Part shown: positions 1-19,810 of the stretch, in pieces | Layout: every line of letters begins with the position of its first letter | How positions within the stretch are numbered: the stretch's first letter is position 1 | Source: Antedon mediterranea | Taxonomy: Eukaryota > Animalia > Echinodermata | Reading direction: 5' to 3' | Length of the DNA stretch: 64,000 nucleotides | Assembly: GCF_964355755.1 (NCBI RefSeq) | Contig: NC_092677.1 | Coordinates: 27,081,175-27,145,174, forward strand | Program-made: the position numbers and the translations under genes | The notes under the pieces: generated by a model | What the model saw: the letters and a program-made list of their open reading frames with translations, nothing else | Told to the model about the DNA's origin: nothing | The model's database searches: none

Positions 1-2889
1 TAGGCACGCGCGTTTTCGTAGACTTCACCGTTTTACACGGGACTTCCTTAATTGCGTTAGCTGCGCCGTCCCAAGAGTGCGGACCGTTAAGGCGAAACGT
101 GTACGGGTGTACAGATCCTAATGCTAACTTTAGTGCGAATCTCGGACTCTTCAACAAGTAACTCCATGGATTTGGTAGGCAGCCGATTTGTTTGGCGATA
201 TCCAGAACATATGGCGTCCATTGAACCTAAAACCCACAAAAGTATTTTTATATACAGTACGGTACTTATATATATTTGCATAGACTAGCATTTGGTATCA
301 GTAGGCCTATTGAGTTCAGAGGCTCTGCTCTCAGACTGATAGGCCTTTTTTTTAAATAACTCTTAAATATGAATGTATACTTACATATGCATGAACGCTT
401 CCGCGAGCTGTATTTCCATCAGACACTGCCTTGACTTCTGCCTGCATCACGTGGTCTGAGGGCAGTTTGGATTTCCCGCTAAAGACGCGCGCAACCCAAC
501 GTGACTGAAGCTCGAACGCTACACCCTGGGGCCCGAGACATTTTGCAAGACCAAGTGCAGTGAACGTCGGCTGCCCTGGTAGGAATATAAACTTGTACAA
601 GTTGAACTTTTCTTCCAGAGATTCTATTGTAACAAATGAAAAGGTAATTTAGAAACTTTCAGCAAAACTCTCAGAAGCAAAATAAATGTTATACTAACTT
701 GGTTCCCACTACGAAATGCAACACAAGAACGTAAGCGCAACGCAAGGATTTGACCAATCACAAGCGGGATGGATTATTCAAGCATCGTTTCTGATTTGTC
801 AACTCGTCCTTGCGTTGCTGCTAGTGGGAATAACGCCTAAGTGTTATTCTAGGCTGTAGGCCTACCTCTGATACTTGTATCTGCGATATATGGATAGCAT
901 TTCTTATATCCAGTAGCCAGAATCACCACATCAACGTCGTCCAAACGGGAACCATCGACAAATTCTACACCGTTCTTTGTCAGCTTTTTAATTTCTGGTT
1001 TTACCTATAATCAATGAATATCATTATTATAATCCAATGCTTCTTATTGATATAAAAGTAAGCATTTTGTAGGCCATAAAAAGATATATGCCTACACATT
1101 CCCTTCCTACACCACCGCACATTCTGAGGAAAGAGAGATGTGGTCGGGTAGTGGTTTAGGGGACTAGTGAATTGCCAATGGCAAACTACGGTACATTTTA
1201 ACATTAAGATCGGTAGATATATGTTATATTGTTGTATATAGAATAATAGATAAAGTATCACATTCTTAATGTAGTTTTAGGATGACCTTTTTAGGTTCGT
1301 AACATTCATGTCTATTTGGCAGGTGTTTTTACCCCATGCATGGAATCATTTATGGAACGCATTGAGGGCACAGACTCACACGTTGGAAAACACTAGGCCT
1401 AATTAAATAATTAAAGATATATTGTCTCCCCAAAAAAATATTGTTTTCAATCTTTTTTTTAACATGCTATTTTAATGTCACGCAATAGTTATTCACTTCA
1501 AAAAATTAAAATTAACCGTTTCTTTTGTATTTTTATAAGTGAAATAATTATTATTTTGTGTGGTTTTTATTTAAAGAAGTGATTAACTTATTAAATCTAA
1601 AAAAGGTCCTATTTAAAGTCTGATTTTATTAATCTTAATTTTTCATGTTTTTGGGGAACAATACATCTCGTATTGACCAAGTACAAGCTAAGGATTATTC
1701 GAACTACCTTTAGTTTTCCGCAAAGTATCTGGTCGTTTATTGAGTCATTTATCATGACACTAGCGCCTGCGTACACGTGCACGTCACTCTGTAAGCCCAG
1801 GTCTGTGTGATTGACCATGGCTCTGTAAACCGTCTCTAGATACCACTGTTGTAGGTTGATCGGCATATAGTTAAACCATCGGCTTAGGATGTGTGTATCC
1901 CAAAATGCAGCACCTCTGAATGTTCTTCGCATAACCCAACATCCTCTACGAGTACTTAAGTACGTCTAAAATAAATAACATTGATCAAACAGAGTTGTTT
2001 GTTTGGTAAAATGCTAATGTCAAGTGTGACAATAAGTTCTCAAACAAGCCTTGTGTATTTCAAAACTGTAAAAACCGACTTTATTAGCGCAATTCGCATT
2101 CTTCTATTCACCCACTTTATTAACAAATACACAGGCAATTCATGATTCGCGCGAATAATATTCTACTGCTACTATTAGTGCAATACAGGTTTTATTGATA
2201 ACAATATTTGTTACCATTTTACAGTGACGGCTGCAGTCAACAGAAACATCTCCGGCAGAAAACGAAGCTCCTGAAATAGAAACGTCGAAACATTTAGATT
2301 TAAATATAATAAAATTACATTTAAAGATGGCATTTTTTTGTCATAAATGACACGTAGTTTTTGGAATAATAATTTCTATAAAATACTGCTTGATGTTGAT
2401 TATCTTACCGACAACGACAACATTTTTCCCAATATAATCCGTCCCTCTTCTAAATTCCTGAGAATGCAGCACTTTTCCAGAGAACTCTTGCTGTCCGGGA
2501 ATATCTGGTGCGTTGGGTGTTCCTTGAAGTCCTGAGGATACTATCAAGGCATCAACTTCAGTTTCTGTAACGTGACCATTGTCCACATCTTCTGCAACAA
2601 TCTTCCATCTACCAGATCCGATGTCTGTTATCTTGGTGACTTTTTGGCCCAGACGAATGTATTCTCTCAGATTGAAATGCTCGACGTAATTTTGCCAGTA
2701 TTTTTGCAACTGGGAAGTAGAAGGAAATGGTGGGTAATCCTCGGGGAATGGGAAGTCACTCATGCACATCATCTCCCTACTGGTGTTGGTTGTCAGACTA
2801 TCAAACGTGAGGTTCAAATCCTTCTTTGTACGCTCATCTTCTGTGTACCAGACTCCACCTATTAACAATAAAACCATTGTCAAAATATA

Positions 2890-2921
<32 letters not shown>

Positions 2922-3638
2922 AAGCCTAAATGTATTGTTAGTAAAGCTAGACAAATTAAAAATTAACAGCCAGAAAATTTTTTTTTTAACTATAGCAGGC
3001 CACTTTAAAAAGTTAGTTATTGAAAATGTATTTCTAAGCGTTTGGGACCATCTGATTGTTAAATGCGTGTTACAATATACTAACATTTATAAGATAAATT
3101 TTCTTCCTAAATGTTTTTGTTGAATATGCCATTTTAATATCACAATAGTTATATCACTTTGAACAAAAATTGGATCGAAAACAAAATTATTTAAATTAAA
3201 ACTAATAACTTAGGCCTAAAGCAAAAAAATTAAAAGTCAATGGGTCTTTGGTTGAATTTTTTAAATTATTTGTTGTTTTTTCAAAAGGATTTTTAATGTT
3301 TTTTTTTTCTATGGAAGTGATTATTAAAACTGCGAAATGGCCTATTCAAAGTCTTTTTTTAAATTTTAATCTTGATTTTTCATGTTTGGGGGACAATACA
3401 TCTACATTATCATTACACAGCCACAGGTTCTAAAGTCCGCAGATTGTTAACAACGTTTGAACTCTTAACATTTCTCATCGTTACATCTAAATTACGTAAG
3501 TTCTTCTATCATACTTAACTTACCGAATCCAGATTGTCTTTCGAAGCATATCGGCTGCAGACCTTCCTCCAGACAACTTTTAACGGCCGTTATCCCACTG
3601 ACTCCAGCACCAACGATACCTACCGTCCGTATAGCCAT
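1..3638 (-). CDS. Flavin-containing monooxygenase (FMO family), 7 exons seen, 3' end beyond the window start
   Basis: Exon 3638-3524 gives [33 protein letters not shown] (FAD-binding GxGxxG). Exon ~2857-2408 has [13 protein letters not shown] and the FMO signature [11 protein letters not shown]. Further exons lie at ~2270-2215, ~1965-1708, ~990-866 ([10 protein letters not shown]) and ~623-385 ([13 protein letters not shown]). Exon 226-1 gives [18 protein letters not shown], a typical FMO C-terminus. Confidence 0.93.
697..837. mobile_element. MITE family B (TIR AGCTTGGTTCCCACTAG), representative copy; Harbinger-like
   Basis: Terminal inverted repeat cttggttcccact...agtgggaa and an internal inverted repeat gaccaatcacaagcg. 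Related copies at ~28500-28662, ~30560-30710, 31528-31932, ~34920-35040, 35804-35898, ~36460-36545, ~41498-41735, ~41965-42115 and ~42540-42665. Confidence 0.7.
2890..2921. repeat. (GAT)n microsatellite in an FMO intron
   Basis: About 10 perfect TGA/GAT units are visible. Confidence 0.9.
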
Positions 3639-3643
3639 TTCAT

Positions 3644-3950
3644 TAGCTGACCATCAATGAATGTGGTAGGATGGTGCGTGTTAATGGTTATATATACACA
3701 AAACAGAGACATGCAAGGTAAATATTAATTACGATATACCGTAATCTGCCAATAACCCGTGTTATCGATATGTGGTTTCGGTTTGTATAGACATCAACGA
3801 TCGATAGCTGTCCATCAATGAATGTGGTAGAATGGTGCGTGTCTATGGTTGTATAACATGAACACACAAAACAGACATAATCGGTAAATAGATATTAATT
3901 ATGATATACCGTAATCTCATCAATGAAGTGGTAACGGTGCGTGTGGTTGT
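3644..3950. repeat. Degenerate ~160-bp tandem duplication (two copies plus a partial third) directly upstream of the FMO start codon
   Basis: tagctg.ccatcaatgaatgtggtag.atggtgcgtg...attaatta.gatataccgtaatct occurs at ~3644 and ~3805, with a partial third copy at ~3918. Confidence 0.8.
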
Positions 3951-4979
3951 TGAATGTTTGTCAAGTATTCTAAACTATGTTATATTCAGTCAATAACCTG
4001 TGCTATGAAATAGTTGATAAAATCAGTATCACTCATCAGTTCACTTCAGTGTTCGGTGATATGCGTTTTAAGCGTAGTGGCAATATTGGGTATTTATTTT
4101 ATAATTAAAATGTTTATCTTGTGCGATAAAAAACGCATTAAATGGCGGCAATTAATAGGCCTATAGGATGTTTCGTGAATCAACAATAAAACAAATATAT
4201 AATTTATCATATATGGAAACGATGACATCATATCACTACTGTACCATATTTGGGCACATCACACTTTTTTTGTAAAACTAGTTTGATAGTGTAGACAGAG
4301 CTTGGGAACACGGAAGTTGTTCAGCTTTAAACGTCTTAACCTCTTATACTACATGCAGTACGTGAACATGACTTGGCATAACATATTTGCTCTATTTATG
4401 TTTTTTTATGCAAACAGCTTTATTTATCTTTCTAGCATTTACTGCCCTCGAATTCTCGCACTTTGGTCGAACTCTCTAAAAGCAAATCACGTTTCAAATT
4501 AAGTTTGATTTCCACTTGAACGCGACAGCTGAATGATCCATCGCGTAGTGATCGAATTACTTACGGTGCACTTAAGCTCTGTCCACACTATCATTATCAA
4601 ACTTTATGTGACAAAAAAAATGTGATGTGCCCATATACGGACATGATGATGTCATATCACTACCATATTGGGGCACATCACACTTTTTTTACGTCCCTGT
4701 GTTGCATGTAAGCTTTATAATTTAATTATAATGTATTTTTTTTTTACACTTCGCTATTCACTTTACATTTAATAATGTATAAAAAAACATTTTTTTATTA
4801 CCATTTCATTTAATAAATTTAATATTACATATTGTAAAATTCCGATTGATTTGAAACTCCCAACCTTGGTCTGAAGAGAATACCAACTTCTACATTGTAT
4901 AGCTGGACATTAATAGTGACCACCAGGAAAAAGAAGACGACGTACCTCCAAACAATGTTGAATGACTGAGCACTAAATA

Positions 4980-5171
4980 CAGTCAACTCTCCCAATACCA
5001 GACACCTTTAGGTTGACCAAATATATCTGGTTTTTAGAAAAGTCTGGTATTCTGAATGTGTTTTTCTAATGGTAAAAAGAAATTTGGGACCTTCTGAACC
5101 ACCTAAAAAACATATATGATATTGGGCTAGTGTATGGTTTTCATTGAGTCTGGTATTGGGAGAGTCAACTG
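4980..5171. mobile_element. Tc1/mariner (pogo/Tigger-like) MITE
   Basis: 24-bp TIR CAGTCAACTCTCCCAATACCAGAC / GTCTGGTATTGGGAGAGTCAACTG, flanked by TA on both sides. Confidence 0.8.
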
Positions 5172-5532
5172 TATAAATGTTTAAAGCAGTGCAAAATAAT
5201 ATAATTTAATATATCAATTCTTCCCTTAAATATATATATATATATATCTTTGTTTTTTTACGAAGACAAATAAAGTTTCTTGTATCTTATATATGCCATA
5301 TTAATATTAAAATATTTACTTGAAAAGGGGATAAAGCATTTTACTTGAGAAGTGGTTGGACAGAGTAAGAATGGCTGCTTTAATGCCTCTAAGTTCATAG
5401 CGTGCACATTGACCTAATGACTTATATATTATACTCTGTTAAGTTCCAATATACTCCAAAGCTGATGGAGAAGAAATGATGTAATAAAATCATCCAACAT
5501 CGGTTCCACATACTTCATGTTAATTCTAGTTT

Positions 5533-6703
5533 TTATTCGGCCGTCTTTTCCTTGTAGGATATAATGCCTTTCTCTATAAGGTCAGGAATTTCAACCGCAA
5601 GCCACGGACCAAGCTGTAATATGATTATAAAAATGTGATATAAACAAATAAAAAACTTTCCAGCAAATTATTCATAACATTCATTAACAAACTTTTAATT
5701 TAATTAGGAAATTCTTAAAAATGCTGCATGTGGCAATTTGTGTGGAAAACAGTGCAGATCTAAATGCATGCACGTGACGTCAACGAGGCATAACGATGCT
5801 GGTAACTTACCCCTAGTGCCATTGCATGGCCAATTCCAAACTTGGGTACATTTTTGGCCCAAAGCGGTTGGAAGTGATCTGTCAAACAAATCTTACCCCC
5901 ACGATACATCTTGGCGGTCTTCCCATCAAGCTCTGGAAGTGCTATCTCGGGTGACGTGCTTGGATAGGTTACAGGAATCTAAAAAAGACACAAATGCTGC
6001 AGTTACAAAATACTGTTGAAAATATGAAATATTGTTTGAAAATAATTTAAACATTAAAATTAATTGATTTTTTACTTGATCTTACATCAAATTCAATATC
6101 AAACTCGTATTTCAAGAGATCTTGGATGTGCCAGCACTTTCCAAACCACCTTGTACCGTCCTTGTTAGATTCCAACCTAAACCAATCATTATCTGCCTCT
6201 TTGTTGTTTTGCACATACTAAAAAAAACATGATCATTATTCAATAAATATTTAAAAAGATGTAGTTTTTATAATTCAATTATTTTTAATAATTTTTATTA
6301 TGATCAAAACTTTGAATTGTCAAGTAAATAGCTTCATTCCACAATGGATAAAGGATGATGATAGGATAACTATTCCTAGCCTAGGTAGGCCTACAACTAC
6401 CACACACGTAGTTAGGCCTATACTTTTGTACAACGAAGACGGCTGGCACTCTTGAGGTGCTTGTGGGTGATGGATGGCGGCATTACTCAGTTCGGTCGCG
6501 CCTGGTTTTACTTCGACAGCTGTTGATTTAAAAACCATTTTTATGCCTAGACAGACAAATAGAAAAAGTGATCGAACAACCTTAATAAGAGATTGATATT
6601 CTTCTTTTAGACGTGTCGGCCATAGTTCTGTGTCACGAGGGCCAGCTCGTGTTTTTAAAAGGGGAATATTGCTGAGAGTTTTTCTTGTTGCTGCATCCAC
6701 CAT
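5533..6703 (-). CDS. UFC1: Ubiquitin-fold modifier-conjugating enzyme 1 (UFM1 E2), 4 exons
   Basis: Exons 6703-6581 ([24 protein letters not shown]...[11 protein letters not shown]), ~6217-6086 ([21 protein letters not shown]), ~5978-5811 ([14 protein letters not shown], catalytic Cys) and ~5613-5533 ([16 protein letters not shown]...stop). Confidence 0.97.
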
Positions 6704-7008
6704 TGTCAGAGGTCGAAGTTGAAAAGATTTCTGCAAGAAGTTGTAAATCCACATACATTTCAATTTAGTCTTCTACAATTATTCATATTCTTCAAAAAGT
6801 TATTTAGTCAAACATTTGTATTTCATGTATCTAAATTTATTTTTTTTACACTAATAAATATATTTCTTTAATTTTAAATATAAGATAAAATAAAATAGTA
6901 GAATAGTAATTGGAATGCCTGATACGCCAGCCATTTTGAATCTGATATTGAACAGAGAAGTAATATTCTAAAACGAGAGATAAAGAAAACTGTATCGTTT
7001 TCAATCTG
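6704..7008. promoter_or_regulatory. Probable bidirectional promoter for UFC1/DDX6, including a putative non-coding first exon of DDX6
   Basis: The two genes diverge. YY1-like GCCATTTT at ~6930; donor-like gtaagt at ~7010 paired with a poly-T acceptor ending at ~7614. Confidence 0.6.
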
Positions 7009-7985
7009 TGTAAGTTTAAATGAAAAGAAATTTGAGAAATATATGTTGGAAATTTATTTTAATAAACAGTACTTACATTTGTGTTATTTTTGTTTTAAAT
7101 TGTGCTGAAATAATGGATTAAGTGTTCGTCATTTGTCTAGGCCCATGTATGGCCTTTCTTTTGTCTACGCAAATGCTTCATGTAGCCTTGCCGTGAAAGC
7201 TGTTGTGATAGGCTTATACAATTTCACTTTATTATAATGCAGTAGGCCTAGCTAAGTTAGTATTTATTCAGTTTTATTCATAAAATAGGCCTACGTCTAT
7301 AAGGCATATAATTAAATATTTTATTTTTAATATAATAATAAGATACTGTGTTTTTTTTAATGAAACTGCATTTTAAATTGTTTTTTTTATTAATTCATTG
7401 AACTTGCCCGCTCACCGCAGACGGCTTGCAGACTTGACAATTATTGTTGATTTATTAAATCAATATCGTTCCCATGTAACATAACATGTGACCTTTCCAT
7501 CATTTTTGGAAACTAAAAATGTCTTTTGCTTAAATTTTTTAATTATTTAATAAAATTGGTTAGTTGACAGTCTCAACTCTGAAATAATTTTAAAAATAAT
7601 TTTTTTTTTTGCAGGACAAACATTTTCAAATACCTGTATCAAAGTATTGTGTATTTCCAATACCATATCAAACGTGTATCAAGACAACTGGTGCTCTTTA
7701 CTAAAGATTATCTAAAAAACGTGATAGTGTAACATTTAGTGAATGTTGAACATTTAGAACATTCAGCTCTTGAACGCTGAACACTTTGTATATTTTTGGA
7801 CTTCGTTACGAAGCATCTTGTTTATATATAAAACTGTACATAACTTGTTTTATAAGATATAAAAAATATATATATATATGTGTATTGTATATTTGCCAAA
7901 GAGAACATTTTGTAGCAACTGAGCTCCAAACACACATCTCAGGGAGTGTTTGTGTAGAGCCGTGTTAATTTAATATATTGAAAAA

Positions 7986-14395
<6,410 letters not shown>

Positions 14396-17300
14396 AACAA
14401 TATTTAAGTCTTCGTTTTACTTGTTCACCGTGCAATGATGCCTTTTGTAAAGGTACCATAGTTTGGGCAAAGTTGCTACATCTAGCTACATTCCAAATTG
14501 GGTAGGTGGGTGGGGTGATTGTTGAAAGGGGCGGGGTGTTGTATGGGTGGAGTCAACATTGAGTATCATTCTTGTTGCATTACTAAAATGGTACAAAAAG
14601 AAATATTTTATTTTGTGTATGTTTTCTTATTTTTTGGAGAACACTACAAAATGATATAAGTACTATGTTTTTTGAGATTACTAAACGCTCACTGTAAATT
14701 TCACTTTTAAGTTGTTCATTTCTTTGATAGTGAATGTTTTTAAAGCAATTTTTTTTCCCAGAGAGCAATTGTACTTAGTGTTATTTGAAATATTTTATTT
14801 AATTTTTATTTACGTAAAATGTATGGGAACTGGATTCATTTTGTCTTATTTATGCTGATCTAATCAGAAAATGGAAATGGTTGATTGAAAGAATAGTACA
14901 GCCGCAGTTTATGATAAAAAAAAAGTGTTTATTTAACTTGCCCTGTTTGATTACCACGGTGCGTTGTTTGAATATGTCTCCGTTCCGTGATATCGTCTAA
15001 TTATGCAATTCAGAGAGCGAGTTATGTACGAGATATTTGATTTTACTTTTTACGAGCGAGTGAGTCTAGTTGATGCTGCAACTCGTCCAACCACAGGATA
15101 CCAGATGCGTATAAATACTATTTTTTATAAGAAAATGAACAATTGAAGGAAGAAAAAAGTTGAATAAAAAAAGAACAATTTGGTGTCTGTGGTTGGAGGT
15201 GTACATTAGTCACTGAAAAAAATGGAACTGCTCGTTACAGTGTGAAGAAATTACGCAATTATCGTCGTGTGAAGTCTTAAAAATATTAAATTATTCACGC
15301 GAAAGAAACATGCAATTATACTGAAAAATGACAGTAATGTTTAGAAAACAACCAAGAACTATTTTGCGTATGAGAGCACCTCAGATTTTAAAGTATACAA
15401 TGTGCCAGTACCTCAACAAGGTGAATACCTTGAGAATTCACACATAACCGTTGATCGTGCTTAAAATTTAAAGAAACATTCTGGTATTAACTTCTGAATT
15501 ACTCCGCTTGAAGGTATAAGGAGTGCCTTAGTGATGGTAGTTGATAGCAGTGACAGCAGAACCTCTTATACAAACTGTCGCTAGAATACTGCTGTGTAAT
15601 CTTATCATACAATACCTGGAAGAAATGGCCTTCTAAAACAGTTGTTTGCAAAAATAAAGATTGTGATAAACACAAGTTTTGATGCAACAAAGTATCAATA
15701 CAGTAATTTGTGTGCTAGAAAATGGACCATGTTTTATGCTTTCTATACAGAAATTTTATAGCAGATTATCGAAGAATTTTAATTTGAAAATGTGATAAAA
15801 TGAGAAGTTGAAAACTATGGATAGTATTTTATCAACGTTATTATTACCGATAAAGCTGATTGCTAGCGATGAATACAGATTGCTGATACGCGAAAAAAGA
15901 AGTAATAATCGCAATCGAAGTAATGGTATTGTTATGTTAAAGTTCATGGACAGTTGGAGACATGTAAACAGCCTCGTGGGATACCTTTAAAGAAAGAAAC
16001 AATGATAAAGGTGTTTTGCTGTAAAAGTGTTGAAAACAAGAAGTATACAGTCATTTCCAGTCAGTTCCATATTTTCATTGAGATTTTCTGTTATTTTTAT
16101 ACTCCAAATGTTATTCATTATCACTAGAGGGTCTGCTGGTGTGTGTGGGTGTGTGTGTGTGTGTAGATATTGTATTATACAGTATAGTGTGTGATGGGAG
16201 TACAGTATGTGTGAAAGAGAGCGAGTGATGTTTTATGTGAAGGAGTGTTATGTGTGAATGCGAGTAGTCATGCCCTGAATGCAATAACTGTAGTGATGTC
16301 AGCATAGCTTAACCTTTGACCCTCTTTCATGGTGCTTGTATGATTCTAGTTCAAATATTAATATGGGAAAAAATCAAAATATGTAAGTAAACTATTTTAC
16401 TTTTTTCTGATTAGCATAATTTTTGGCAATTGTTTTATCAATGTTTTACTTTATTTTTTATTGGAATATTTTGTTTTAAATGGACTATAATTTATTTTAT
16501 TCATGATTGTCCCATGCATACTTTCAAAATTTGTTTTATCCGTGTTGATGATGTCACAGTTAATAGATCTTCCACGATACATTTGAAATGTTTGCGGAAC
16601 ATGGATTATTAACTGGTGACTGCTGCCACCTATCATATCTAAAATGCTTTCATAATCCGTCACGTGATACGTGTTTAAAATCCTTTGGATTTTATTTTTT
16701 ATTTATTTATTTGTTAGAGATGTTGTAACAGCTGAATTTTATTTTTGCATCTTTACAAAGATTTTATGTTTGTGTTTACAACGCAATAAAATGGATTTCT
16801 GTTGAAGAGGGGCAAATACATTTTACGAAAAATATTAAATTAACTGTATGATAATAAAAACTAAACATACAGAAAACCCACATATTATTTTAAAATCCAT
16901 TATATTGCGTTGTAAATACCAGTTTATAATAAACAAAATAAATATCCCAATGCAGCTCGTGGGTTATTTAAAAAAAAAATCAAACTCAATGAAAACCAAA
17001 CACTAAGAAATGTATTGTTTAATACTTGATACCACCGATGTTGTTTTGCGATTTTCATATGAGCTGCAAACTAGCTATGAAAATAGCATGTCCTAATACA
17101 ATTATGAATTATAATACAGTAATTCTATTTGTATTGGAAGTGTAACTGTAATGTACAGCTAAGCCTAGACACTAGATACATGGTCTGTCAATAATATCTG
17201 TCATGTGATTGTAATACCATATTTGGGCAGCCAATATCAGGATGTTCTTAATATTGCCTAAGAACATCCATTTGATCATGCAATACTAAATGTTATACTT

Positions 17301-17539
17301 TGTGTTGTTTAAAAACCAATGACTGAAAAGATTTTTGTCATGTGATATTACTCTTTCCATGTTTGGGCATTGAGCCAATGATGATGTCACTTGGTGTCTG
17401 GGACTAGCTGTACAAGTACTAACTGGTGAATTGTCCAGTTTTTAGGTCATTAAGGAGATACTTAATTGTGTAAAGTATCTCCTTGGTGATGTGTTAAAGG
17501 GAGCTTTAGTTTTATACATTGTTATCTTCTTAAACTGCA

Positions 17540-17697
17540 TAGTATTCAATACTGTCATGTGAATAATTTGTACTATTCAACACCATAGTGAGGATACTTT
17601 GGTACTACCCTGTATTAAACACCATAATGAGAATACTTCATACTATTCAACACTGTCATGTGAATACTTTGTACTATTCAACACTATGATACTTTGT
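17540..17697. repeat. Degenerate ~31-bp tandem repeat
   Basis: tactattcaacac...gtgaatacttt recurs about 4-5 times. Confidence 0.6.
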
Positions 17698-19129
17698 ATA
17701 AAACTAAAACGTCCATTTTAAAGATTTCCAGATAACATGGTTTTAAAACTCGCTGCATTAGGCATCCTTCCGTCGGTTAGTACGCATCTTTTCAAACAAA
17801 ATCCTTATTTTCTTTGCTTGTTGGGTGTTGGCATCATTAATTTAAAACCATGTTATCTGTGATATATCTTGTTAAATGTGTATGGCATTAACATCTGGCA
17901 AACTAACATATTTAACATTGTAATGTTACCTGAATTCACTGATCGCTATAAAGCATTAAAGATAGTTATTCATGATCATTTTTATGTTTATTTTGTAGAC
18001 GAAATAAACACAAACATATTAATGAAATGTTTTAATGTTGTGCATCAGTGAATTCATGTTACTATTGTACTGTAGTTTAGTACGCTGCTTAACTACTTTA
18101 AGCTCGTTTTAATACCATTCTATTCTACTGCATGTCACACTCTGGTTTAATACGACTAGATTCTATATTCTCCTCATTTTGCTTTAAAATCAAACAAAAA
18201 TATTTTGACAAATTAATCAAAGGTTATACGGTTAGCCGACTCCACAAACATTAAATAAATTTGGTTTACATTCCGAGATTCTAAACATATTTTGTAACCG
18301 TATTGGCGCATCACTGCAATAACACACTGTATATCTAAATAACAACAGCTAAATTTTAAAATGTTTTTCTACTGTAAAGTAGATATCTATTCTCTGTTGA
18401 ATATTTTGTCAATAGTACTCTTAATACAGCTTGGATATGATTCAGTCAATATACTTGTTGAGAATGCTCTTAAGTGCCAATATACCACATTCAAACAAGC
18501 TTTCCTAATATGTCACATGATGAGCAAAATGAGGTCAATTTCCTGGAAAAAAAACTTTAATAATACAGAAACGCCAAAAGTCTTGGGCGTAGTTTAATTC
18601 TTATTTTTTGGCCATTGATTTCAACTGTTTCGTAATAACATCATTAAATCATTTTTCAGTTTGTTTCTGTAATTAAATAGAAAAATAAATCATCATTTCT
18701 CTATTTAAGTAAGAGTTTGTTATACATGTTTTTAGTGACGGTATTTTTAATTATAGCTGATAATAGCAAGTGCTAGTAAATCAAAAACTACTGCATATAC
18801 ATCAGTAATATATCATCTATACCGTTTACTATTGAAAATATGTTTTTAAAATGTGTCTATAACATCATATCCTGTTCTCATACCATTTAAGTATGTCATC
18901 ATCTGTTGAGACAATTAAGAATGTAATCTTAATTTGTGTAGGTGCCAACTTGGATGGTGTGATTTACTGAGAACATTTGTTTGTTACTGGTCTCAAGTGG
19001 TGACATATTTACTTTCTTTTTCTTGACCTCCAAGTTAGAGTAAACTCCTTTCTGTTAAATGATTACGAACAGTTACTGAATAAACTTTACACCTGACTTT
19101 TAATCTTGTGTTATTTTTGTTACGTTGTT

Positions 19130-19445
19130 GAGGTAGCAGAGTGGTTAGGATACTTGACTATCATACAGACATATCAATATCTTTCTGTTCAGGCTTAGAA
19201 ATTTGGTTACCTAACCCAACAAAGTTGACGATAAGTTTTCCACAAGCCAACTTAGTGGGTAAATTTACTAAGCCTGAACAGAAAGATCCGGGTTCAATAC
19301 CTGATACGACTCCCAGTCTGCTAAGCTGTAAATGAGTATGAGAGAGGAAGGATAAGGTAACATGGAAAGGAACTGGCCATCCTAGTACACAATGCTGACG
19401 CTTAGTACCATGAGCTCCATTCACAATGAATACAAGACTACCTTT
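19130..19445 (+). mobile_element. tRNA-derived SINE with an internal hairpin insertion
   Basis: A-box-like TAGCAGAGTGG (~19134) and B-box GGTTCAATACC (~19291), followed by a SINE-like body (ctaagctgtaaatgagta...aactggccatcct). Confidence 0.6.
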
Positions 19446-19810
19446 ATTGGTTTTGAACAGATTTTAACTTAAAAGGCTAACAAATTTGGGCATATCACTA
19501 CAGTACTATATTTGGGCACATCACACTTTAAAAAAAAAATAGTTTGATAGTGTAGACAGAGCTTTAAACCAAATTTTAAATGCATCACTTTATTAAGCTA
19601 TAAAAAGCCATCCCCAACGGATATACTTTCCTTCGGTTCTTCCACTTCCCCAACAGGGATGTCTGAAGTAGGGCGTCTGATCTTACGGAAATTCCTAAGT
19701 ACGTTGTCCTTGGGGTTTCTATCTGGTGTACTTTAAGACTTACCCGCTTTATTTTGAGTCATTCTAGGAACAGCGACTGACTGAACATTTGATTTTAACT
19801 GCGGAACACA

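Noticed and set aside
87-281. 64-aa ORF in the ORF track
   Set aside because: It is the wrong frame; the FMO exon uses another minus-strand frame starting at 226.
19130-19312. Possible intron-containing tRNA gene
   Set aside because: There is no convincing acceptor stem or poly-T terminator, and it runs into a SINE-like body.
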